A stretch of 64,000 nt of DNA from a virus: IMG/VR virus record IMGVR_UViG_3300025646_000028, positions 1-64,000 of that record; one strand, written 5' to 3'. Every line of letters starts with the position of its first letter. Position 1 is the stretch's first letter. This document shows positions 15,525 to 27,500 of this stretch, piece by piece. The translations under genes were made by a program, and so were the position numbers. Below the pieces are notes generated by a model. That model saw only the letters and a list, made by a program, of their open reading frames with translations. It was not told where the DNA came from and ran no database searches.

Positions 15525-18500
15525 TTATCCTATTACGTTTCTTGACTGTCTCCAACGAACATATTGTCTCCATTGAATATCTTTAACTAATGAATAAGGA
15601 TTTATTTTTGGTTTACGCATACGTCCATACTTATTAAACCAATCACGATAAATATTTTCGTACTTCGCGTATCTACCATTTCTACCGTATCTATATTGCC
15701 GTGGAGTATACTTACCATAATTGTTTATATCATAAGCAAAACCACGGAATGTTGTACCGATAGAAGCTGGACGTGTTTCTAATAACTCTCTAGCTACAGG
15801 AACTTGTGCTGCTTGTTGACGTAAGTTAGTTTGTAACGCCATGTCACTTACACCTGTAACGGTATTAGCTAAACGTCCAACTAATCCTAATGAAGCTAAC
15901 TGATTTAATGCTTCAAATACACTTCGTTTTTCTACTAATGTTTTAACACCACGAAGTATAGGAGACATGCGACCTTCAAATGCTTCTTGTGTATTGTATA
16001 GAATATTCATTACATCAAGTGCACCGTTACCTAAACGTATACCAAAAGTAGGACTTAAAGGAATCCAACCATTACGCATTTGATATTTAATATAATCATT
16101 ATATTCTTTTTCTTCTTCATCAATATATTGACCGTACCAACCGTCAAGGAAGTCAGACATAAATCTCCACCAACGAGGACTGTTTAAACGATGTATCCAG
16201 TTAGTTATTGAACGCACAGGAAAAGAGATAAATGGAATGTCAGCCATTAAACGTTGTTCTAATGGAGATCTTAGACCGTAATTAAACCAGCTTCGTAAAG
16301 ATGCTAATACAGATTCATCAAATGATTTATTGTAAATCATTAAGTTGTATAAAAAGTTTGTAACACGCGCACCGTTTTCAATAAAGGTATTAATACGGTC
16401 ATAACCATCAATTAATGATGCTGTTAAACCTCTGAACGGTCCGCCAAAACCTTTAGCTAACTTACGGTCTTTACGCGCATCTGCAATCATCTTTTTAATT
16501 TCTTCATATGATTTTGAAGACAAATCATTTTCGTCATAACCTTTATAGTTTGCAAATACTTCTGGTAACAATTCAAAATTATCTTTACGCAAGTAGTCAG
16601 ACGTAGCAGCAGTATTCATGAAAGCACTTAATTGTTTTAGTAATGTTTTCTTCCATTTGTTTTTATCATCAAAAATAGCTTTGCCTAATTTAGTAAGTCC
16701 TTTACGAACTTTACCATTTTCATCTCTTGCATCTACGCGTAAACCTGCAACCCACTTGCCGTTAATTTCTTGGTTGTCGTATAGTTCAATGAATTCACCG
16801 AAACGAATGTTACTAACAAACTTAGCTGCGTCATAAAGCACATTTGTATATTTATCAATATTCTTTATTGTTATTAAATTCATTTGTTTTAATAAACGTT
16901 TTACTATAGGTAAATAATATTTAATACGCGGGCTTTCATTTTCTTTAGTTGCCCCAATAGCAACATAACTTTCTAAAACTTCTTTCATTAAACCTAAACG
17001 AGATTCAATTAACTTTGGATTACGTACTTTACTTTTTAGTTCTTTAATAATATCTTCGTAGTGCAAACCAATATTAATAATACTTGCGGTGTGTTCGTCA
17101 CTATACTTTTCATAGTAACTCATAAGTTCTAAAGAAGTCATCGTCATATGGATAAAGTCATTTGACTCTACTGTTTTAGGAAGTATTTGTGCATTGCTAA
17201 ACAACTGATACACTGTATCATTTAAGTTTCTAAATAAGAATGCCGCACTAAACTTAGAAATATTCTTAGATAACAACTGTAATTTATAAGCAAAGAGTTC
17301 GATACCTGCAGGTTTTCTACGGCTAGTGTAAGTAGTTTCCATTGCTTGTATCCATGTATTAAGATCAACAAACCCTACAATAGGTACAGCACCAGTGCCA
17401 TCATCTTTAACTGCGTTATAAAGAGTTCTTAATTCATCTATGCTATTAATCTTAATCTCTTTATAAGTCGGAGTTAAAGCTCTGTTGTCTTTTAATACAA
17501 CAGTCGGATCAATTTGATCATAGACTTTACCGTTGTATACAACCTTGCCACCTTCTTTTTGGTATGCTTCTAATTCTTCTAACGTTTTAAACTTTAACGC
17601 TTTGATTTCTTTTTCAGTAAACTGTGTATACAATTGATCTTTACTGTCTTTTTTAGGATCAAAACGTCTAATGTTGTCTACAATAGATTTATAAGCGCCT
17701 TCATCTTTATAAGGATCTTTAACAATTACTAAACGATAATCTTGTTGACGTGTGCGTAAAAACTCATACACAATTTTTAAACTTACGTCCAGGTTATTAG
17801 GGTTAATCATGTTTGTTAATAACGTAACATCATTAGCCATAGCTAATCTAGCTCTAACTTTAGAACTATCAAGATCTTCTTGTGTTAAATAACGTGGTTT
17901 ACCTACATTGCTGTCGCCTAAACCGTAGCCATCTACTGTACGCAACAGTAAAATTCCGCCACCTAAATTATTAATCAACGCATTTTCTAATGCTTTAGAT
18001 CTTAACTCTTGTTTAGCTTCTTCAATTTGTCTATTTTCTTCTTCTAGTTTAGCGATAGGATCTTCATTATTTTCGTACCATTCTTTAATACGTTCTGTAT
18101 TTAATAACGATTTTTCTTCAGCACTAAGTTTGACTTCTTCAGCTTTGACTGCTTTTTCTAAATCTTTTATTTCTAATTCAATAGCACGTTTACGATTTTG
18201 AAGTGCGTTAAGTTCACCTATACCATTCTTAATTTTATTTTGTAGACGTGCATTTTTTACACGTGGGTTTTGTAGCTTTAATTGCGCACTAGATTTAAGA
18301 TTTAAATCTGCTTGTAGTTTCTTTATTTCTTTAATTCTAGCTATGACTTCTTCTTTTTGAATCAATAATAATTCAATATCTGTTTTTAAATTACCAATAA
18401 ACTCATTGACTTTTGTTGTCTCTGAATCGAATGTTGCGTATTGCAACTTGCTTGTTAAAGCGTTTGTAACTTTATTGTAGGTATCTTTACTTAACTCTTC

Positions 18501-21500
18501 TTGTGTTTTTGAAATAACTTCGTTGTTATTAGTACCAGCTGCACTTACAGCAATTTGTACTTCTTCCATAGATAAACCTTCATCACGAATTTCTTGTGAA
18601 GCATCATCTTCTGGAGAAATAAACACACGGTTACCTTCTTCATCTACAATAAACCAACCTTCATCCATAGCATTAACGTTATTAAAGAAGTTAAAAAATA
18701 AATTGTTAGACTTGTAACGTTTATCAAAAGCTTGTTTAAAGTCAGGATTACGTAGAGCGTAAAACAGTCGTAAAATATTACTCGCATTTTTTACGCTATC
18801 AATACTATTAAAGTTAATATTCTTTGCACCACTGTAACGTTCATTAACTACTTGCACAATAGAAAGACTGCTACGCATAAAACCTATTAGTTTATAGAAA
18901 GGTATGTTAAAGCCATTAAAGAAATTAATACTTTCTTCTAAGTCTTTTTTATTAATAGCATAGTCATTTGGGTTACTTAATGCTTTATTTAATTGACTGA
19001 GACGTTTGTAAAACAGAGTAGTTATTTCATCTGGCATGTATAAGTTTCCAAACACGTACAACTTCAAACGTTCTTTAATTAAGTTCTTAATCGCTGTTTT
19101 TGCACTTGCTTCATCATCATAACTTTCTTGCAAACGTATACGTGATCCAGGGTTTTCTTCATAGTATTCTTTATTTAAACTGGCAGATGTAATACGTTCT
19201 TCTTTTATATCAAGTCTTTCAGTAAAGTCTCGATCAGCGTTAATAGCTCTACCAAGTATAGCTTCTGTAGTGTCACTACCTAAAATAATATTACGCACAC
19301 TTTTACGGGTTGTAATGTTATCTACTTTTCTAGTAAATCGAATATATCTTTCGTTAGAATTTGAATCAATACCATCATGCTTAGCCATGCTAATTGTTTC
19401 TTGTATTAAATTAGACATGTTGTTATTTGCTACACGTTCAATAAAGTATTGATCTAAATAACCTTTTGTTAATTTCTGTAAATCAACCCTTCTTAAAAAT
19501 TCTTCAGCGGCTTTACTACCTCGGAAATAATAAAACAATAATTCCTTTTTAAAGCTAGCACCTAATTCTTCTCCAAGTGATTTGCTATTTCTAAAATTCT
19601 CTATGTAGTTTTTAATAACAGGTTCATTTTTTATTGAAGAGTTTTCTACAAATTCTAAATAGTCTTTAACGGTTATAGTTTCTCTATCCATAAAATTAGA
19701 TAAATTTTCTAATTCAGATTCAGCATCCATCATTGTTTTAACAAGTCTTCTTAAGTCTTTTAAAACATGTTCTGTATCACGTAAAAAATATTTAATATCA
19801 ATTGCAGATTGTTCAGTCCAAATACGTTTAACTTCTTCAACAGTTAGCCCGTTTAAAATATTATAAAGTTCTTCGTAGTTTACATTTTCTGCTTTTGCTT
19901 CGTCTGCTAGTGTCGCTAACAAACTACGTACAGTTACTTCACCTTCAGTATTAGTAGCTCCTATAGCTTTCCAGAATATACCTTGTTTAGATTTATTAAT
20001 GTGTTTGTATTCTGCAATAATTGAAGATGTAAATTGATCTTTACGTTTATTACCTGCGTAATTAACACCGTTTTTAGATGCGCGAATACGGCCTGTTGTA
20101 GATTGTTCTAGTTTTTTAGACAACACTAACAACACTAAACGTTTATAGTATTTACGATAAGCTTGTTTATCTTCTTCAGTAACTCTATTAGTATTATTAA
20201 GAATGTCTTGTTCTTCTTGAGTAAAGTTATTAAGATATTCTTTCTTTAATTTTTCTGAAATAATAATGTCTTCACCGTATTCAAAGCTGTTAAAGTTCTT
20301 TTCAATTGTATAAATTGTATCAATCTCATCTTTAAAAGTGTCGTAATAATCTTTAAGTTTATCAACATTAAAGTAGTCTGATACTTTTTGAATGCTTGTA
20401 TCTTCAACACTAGATACATCATTACCTTCATTGTTTATACGTACATGTGCGTTGACATATAACCTTAATGTATCAACATCATTAGTGTCTAATGGTTCTA
20501 AATTATTTTCTACACTTTTTGCTAGTTGGTTATATGTGTCTCCACTGATTAATCGGTACATTTCTACATTTAAATATTCACCTTCTTCTCCACGAATATC
20601 TTTATTTAAAGTATTTTTACCACGTTGATTACGTCCTACACTATAGCTAATTAATTTTGCGCCACTCATAAAGTGTTGATCGTTTTCTACTTTATCTTTA
20701 GCAAAAAGTTCTCGATTAGCTTTTTCTAAGTACGATATTAAATTACCTTTTTTATCAATTTCTTCATCAATAGAGTAGTAGTTTAAATCGGTAGCTAATA
20801 GTTCTCGTAAAGGAGCATTATCTCCTTCAACATCAGAAAATTTTAATAAACCCATACCCATAGTATCACCGTCGTTATCAGCACCCATCATGTTGTATGC
20901 GTATACGTTAACGTTAACTGCATATGACGTGCTAAAACCTATAGCTTTTAACACAGGGGTAGCTGCGTAATCTTGAACAGGTGAACGGACTGCTAAAACG
21001 TACGTGTATGTTTGGTTAAGTTGGTACCCATCTAATTTATTAGTACCACTTTCTACTGCTAAATGTAACGCACCGTTTTCTTCAGCTAAAATACCACGCG
21101 AGTTTAAAAACTCTATACGTTGTTCTATGTTTTCAAAACCTAAAATAGTGTCAATATATTCTTTAGATTTTTTAGCATTTAAAGGTTCAGTTTTAATTAA
21201 AGTATTACCTTCTTTGCTATCTTTAACTACAATAGCGTCCCAAGCATCTTTAGGTAAAGTTATTTCTCCAGCATCAAGTGTAACGTCCACAAGATATTGA
21301 GCACGCACACCGTCTATACGTTTAAATCTTGATTGGTAGTAAGCACTATTCTTACCACTATACATTTTCTTTAATGCATTGCTTTCAGTATTTTTTACAA
21401 TACGATCAATGTTTTTATTGTAACCTTCCTTAGGACCACTTGTAGTGTTTCTCAAGTACAAGTAGTTTAAATATTGCATACCTTGTTCTCTTACATATTC

Positions 21501-24500
21501 ATGTATTTCTTTCTTTTGGTATGCTTCAGTTAATTTAATTTGTAATTCTTCTAAACGTTCTACTGTGTTTACTTCTTCTTCGTCTTCTAATCCTGTTGCG
21601 TTTTTAATTACAGTCTTAAAACCTAAAGAACGTATATTAGATAACAGATTTAAGTTATCATTGTTAGGACCAAAAACTTTATTAAAGTTATCTAACCCAA
21701 TTTTATTTATTATAGGTATAGAAACAGTAGGCGAAACATAAGTACCTTTAATTGGATTGTTATTACTGTCAACAACGTTACGAATAAGTTTACCTGCTGT
21801 GTTAAATTTAGTTTGTGTAGCCATAGCTTGCGCACTATTTTCATGATCAGCGTAAACGTATGCCAAACCACGAACATATGTAGTTGCAGTTAAATCAGTT
21901 TTAATTAGTCTACGTTCATGTACTTTATTCATGTCGTAGTCTTCTGTAATAAATTGATCTGATTTTGTTTTAATATACGCAGGCGTAATAATTGCCGGGA
22001 CATCTTTTTCTGCGTCTTCTTCTTTAAAGTCACGTAAAATTAAAACGTTATACAATTCAGTATCTTTTGTAGTGTCAGTAATCAAAGATTTAAATTCTTC
22101 ATCATTACTTAATTTATCTTTTATTTCTTTTGAAAGACCTTCTAACAATTCATAAGAATCAAAGCTACTATCCACAAGTAAAACATTGTCTTCTTTATTT
22201 AATAAAGGTCCAAATGTTTTTCTTAAGTAAGGATCTATTGCTTTAAAAAAGCGTAAGGTTCTTGCGGGGATTAATGAGCTTCCATCTTTTTTAGTTTCAT
22301 TAAGTAAATAAGCACGTATATAATTAAATAACATTTCACCGTAAATACCAGCTGTACCACGGCTATTAACTGAGTTAGCACTTGCTACAAATAATGCGCC
22401 ATATGTTTTATATAACCCTTGAATAGGTCTGACAGCTCCTTTAAACCCGGAGTGTAATCCTAACCATGTCTTATTACCATTACCATATTCAGTTGAATAG
22501 TAGAAATCTGCATCAACAGCAATTTCATCTAATGGTATACGTGGATCGTTTGCAAAAGCAATAGGTACAGTAAACCCAAATTGATGTACTTCTGTATCAT
22601 CTTTATAACTCTTATATAAAGATTTACTCATTACATTAGGCATAAAGATTTGTGTATTAGCACTCTTAGTTAATCGCACAAAGTTATTTATTACTTCTTT
22701 GTTTTTAATATACTTACCAGGATTACTTAAAAACGTCGTTAATAATTTTTTACCCGGAGCAACTTTATCAGGAATGTCTCCGTAAATATTATTTAAAAAT
22801 TTAAGGCTAGTATACTTAGCTAAAAGATGCTTAGCACTTAACATAGTACGGATTGCGTTTGTACTTAATAAGAACGGGAAGTTTAAAGCATAACGTGTTT
22901 TATATTTAAGTACTGCACCTGCACTACCTTCAGAGTTTAATTGAAGATCAATATTGTTTTCTTTTAAAAATGCATCATCAAAAGACTCAATGTTATAATC
23001 ATATGTATAATCTGCATTTATTTGATTAACAATAGAGCCCGGTTCAAGTGCTTTATAACGCGACGTTAAACGGTTATATATACCTATATAAATAGTTTTT
23101 AAATCACGTTCTGTTAGTTGTCTTTGCTTTTGATACAATGCAACTTCTGCAAAGAACTGATTACGAATCATTTCAGATATGTTTAGTACACGTAAGTATT
23201 TTGAGTTAGCTGCAAATTTTTCATGAGTTAAAGTTTTTTGATAGATTGCTTCGTTTGCTTCTTCTGCTTCGGTTATTTTTGAAGCTTCTGTTTTAGAATT
23301 AACACGTCTAAAGTTATCTTTATTTTTAATTAAAAATTTAATAAGTACATCAGAAGCGGCTTTACCACTATCAACACCTTTAGCATAGAACACTTCATCT
23401 CTTCTAACATTGGGTAAAATGCTGTATTTAGCCTTGCCATCTTTAGTCCAGTAAAATTTCTTTTCATCTAAAAGATTTTCTAATTCTTTAAATGTAAAGT
23501 CAGAGTCAAATTTAGCATCTTCAGAATTAAAATAAACATTTATATTTTTTTCTAATGTTTGAAAGCCTGCAGTAGAACCACCGTCATATTTTAAATGAGC
23601 AGGAATATATCCGTAGCGTAATTTAATTTCAATTCTATTTTTCTTTGCGTTAAAACTTGCAGTACTAACAAGATTATATTCGTCATCTGAGACACTATAT
23701 AAATAAGTGTTATCAATTGCATTGTCTTGTCGTATAGCTTTAGAAAGTACAGTATTGTGTACAGTTCGTATAGCTAAAATATCATTACCTTTTTCTGGAT
23801 CATCATAATGTACTTTAAGTCCTAAGCGTTTTAACGTGGCGCTTTCAAAAACTTCTTTAAGATCTAGTGTACTACTAGCTATGCTGTCAAACTGTTGATC
23901 ATTCATACGGTTTGAAGGTTTTTCTCCTGTAATTAAACTGTAAATAGTTTCATTACTTAGATTCTCTATTTTAGTTTCTAGTCCAGTAATACTTTCCATT
24001 ACGTTAGAGTACGTTAAAAGTAAAACATTGAGATCAGTTTTACCTGGTAAGTCTGACTCAACATAATTTTCCAACCAAGCTTTGGCTTGTAGTAAACCGT
24101 TTTTGCGATCATTAAGGTACTCATTAAACACAACAAGTTTTGTGCTTGTTGTTTCTTTAATAAGATCTTCAAAACTAATTTGACTTAGCGAAAGATTTTC
24201 TTCATAGTTTTCTAATAAGTTAAGTACTTTAGTAAATGCTGCTGTGTACTTTTGATAGTCTTCTTGGTTTTCAGAATCTGTAATTACACCATACATTTTA
24301 CGTAAGGATATTAAATCGATAGGTTTGTTTTCAAATAAGATATTGTTGTTTGCGATACTAATCCCTTTAAAGGTTTTAATCTTTAATAAGTTTGTAAGAG
24401 CTTCAACTAACTTAGTGTATGTTTGTTTTAAGTAGACTTTTAATTCATCTTGATAATCCTTCAGTATGTTTTTTAAGAATGTTTCAACAACAGCGTCTTC

Positions 24501-27500
24501 TAATTTGCCATCTTCTCTAAGTACTGTTTGCTTAGAAAGAGCTTTAAGTTCTTCATTGATAGCTTTTAAAGCGTCTTCTTTAGTTATAGATTTATTAAGC
24601 ACGTCTAATATACGTGTGTCTACACTTCCTTCTAAAAATACTTTATAGTCTGTAATTTCTTTACCACTACGTATAGCCGCAGCTAAACGAATAATATTGC
24701 TGAGTTTTAATTTTAAATCTCTATCAGCCATTTCTTTTTGAGTTTCTAATAAACCCAACTCTTTAGTAGCTGTAGTACTAGATCTTATTTCTTTAACAGA
24801 ATTTAATGCAATACTTACAGTTTGACCATAACCAGATGTAGTTAATTTATCTATTTTTTGTGCAGAAGAAATAATTTGTTTTACAATTTCATCATCACTT
24901 ATAACTTTTGCTGCAACTTCTTCTCGAAGTCTACTAATAGTTTCTTTGTGTTTTCTTATTGTTTCTTTTTTCTTTTCAATTTCTTTTTGCTTTTGTAGTA
25001 CAATTTCTTCAGAAGTTAATCCTGTTTTTAAAACTTCAGCTAGTGTACTATTAGCAGCTTGTAAAGCATCAAGTATTTCAATACTTTCTTTTATATTTAA
25101 CTCAACATCTTTGTCGTAGAGTTTAACACCGGCAAGCTTTATAGCACGTTCTTTAAGTTCGCTGCGTACACCTACACCTGATGTAGCTCCGTATTTAATT
25201 ACAGCCCCATTTAAAGTTTCATTGTAGTTTTTCTCTACACCTTTTATTAATTTATCTACATATTCAATAATAATTTTTTCAACAGCAGGTGTCTTATTTT
25301 CTAAAGTAATACCTTCCATAAACCGTAAAACTAAATCATTTTTAATTTCAGTTTTAATAGCGTCTGTTACTTTTTTATCAAAGTATTTGGTTAATTGATC
25401 TCTAAGATATTTAATTGCGCCTGTGCTAACATCAAAAATTTGGTTTTTAATATCATCGTTAAGAATATAACCTGTTTGTTCAGAAGCTTTTTTAATAGCT
25501 TGATTTATTTTAAGCGCAGTAATTTTGTTATTAATACGATCTAAATCTTCTTTAATTCTATCTAGTTCTTGCTTAGTAATAAATTCTTTTTTAGTTTCAA
25601 TTGTTTTAATAAGACGATCACTTGCTTCTTGAAGTTCTTTAATATACTCTGTAGTTATTTCATCCGCGTCTAGCTCAGTCTTATCTATTTTATTAAAAAT
25701 AGTTTCAAGACTATTTTCTTCAGATAAATTACGATAGTATTCGTTAACAATTAAATTATCACCGATACGACTAATAAAGTTTTTAATAATATTAAAATCA
25801 AAACGGAAACCGTTGTGTGCAACAATGTCTACATTTGCATCTCCAACTTTTTGTATAAAAGTATTAATAAAGTTGTCGTTATTTTTAACTTGTTTTACAC
25901 GCGCAATTAACTCGTCCATTTTTATTTTAGCTTTAACTTCAAATTCTTCAGGAGATAAGTCTTCTTTTTCCCATTGCTTTTTCCATATGCGTTTTTGTTG
26001 CTCATAAAACTTAAGCATGTTTTCTTTATAACTTCCGTCATCATTAACTCCGTCATAAAATAAACCACTATTAATGTATACATCATTAATAATTAACTGT
26101 TTATCTTTTACAGTAATCATTGTTATTTGATAAGGGGTGTCCTCACCGTTGTAACGGTACGTTTCTAAGTCAATAACAATAAAGTTTTTTGACGCAGGTT
26201 TTTGATGTATATAATTTAATAATGTAATTAAAGAGTCAACAACAGAGTTGTGTAATGCGTAGTCTCCCCTACTCTTTATAAATGTTTTTAAAAATTCAAT
26301 GTCTTGACCAGGAAATTTTTCTTGTACAATTTTTAAAACAATATTAATAACATCTATTTCAGCTGCATCTTTTTTAATTCTAGCTTTATAGTAATGTTTA
26401 AATAAGTCTAAGTTACTTAATTTATCTCCAGCCACTTCTAGTTCTTTATTATACGCAGCTTGACGATCAGCTTTTGTTTTTTCTAAAGCTTCTTTTTTAA
26501 TTTCTAAATCAGCTTTTAAAGTTTCAATGCCTTCTCTTCGTTTAGGTAAATCGTTTAAAGCTTGTTTAAAATCATTAACATTTTTAAGTTTATCTAAAAA
26601 TTGTTTTTTATAACGTTTATAGTTTTTTATTTCAAAGTTGTCTTTACTGTTTGTAACAAATCGGATTAATGAAGCCACTGTTTGATCATCCATATTATCA
26701 ATAGCTTCACCTTCAATGTCTTTGTAAAGGTTGCTAAATAGTTTTTTAGCGTGATCAAGATCAGAAACAGTAGGAACTTTCCCTTTACGATCTAATAAAG
26801 TTTTTTCTAAACCAATACTTCCTATAGTTTTTTCTGCTTTATTAATATACTCTACAAATTTGTTTGAAAAATATTCTACACTTATATTAAATTTATTAAC
26901 TAAAGCGTTGTTAACGTTTGCTAATAATGCTTGTGCAAAACGTAGTTTATCATCTGCTAAATCACTAAAATCAAGTTCAACTTGTTTACTACCAAAAGAT
27001 TTACTAATTGCGTCATAGTTATTAGGGTGTTTAATAAAATTAAAAATTAAATTAAATGCTGTAAGAGGTGTGATATCTTTAAACTGTTCTCTTGTTTCAT
27101 TCTCTATTCTTGCAGCTTCAGCATCTGTAAGCTCTCGTTTTAAGTCACTACTACGTTTATTAATTTTTAATTCGTTGAAAACAGTAAAGTATAAATTTAG
27201 TTTAAATTCTTCTTCACCTTCTAATTTAGGAAGATCAACAGCTTCAGGTATATCAACGATTCTGCGGTTTGCTAAAGTATTAGCGTGGTTTCTAAGTATA
27301 CTTATTTCATTTTGAACAGCTTTTGTTAATACATCTAAACTAATAAGTTTATCGTTTTTAACTACACCTAAATCTTTTTTACCGGCTATACCGAATTGAA
27401 CATTAAAGTCACGGATAAAACCGTATAAAACTTTTAAATATGAAAGTTGTTTGTTGTAAAGCGCTTTATGGCGTTTTGTAATTAACGCTTTTTCTGTATC

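Noticed and set aside
15495-15527. Stop-codon readthrough of the giant gene stimulated by the downstream pseudoknot
   Set aside because: The frame hits TAG five codons later (TAA AAG CCC GTC AGG TAG), so readthrough would add almost nothing
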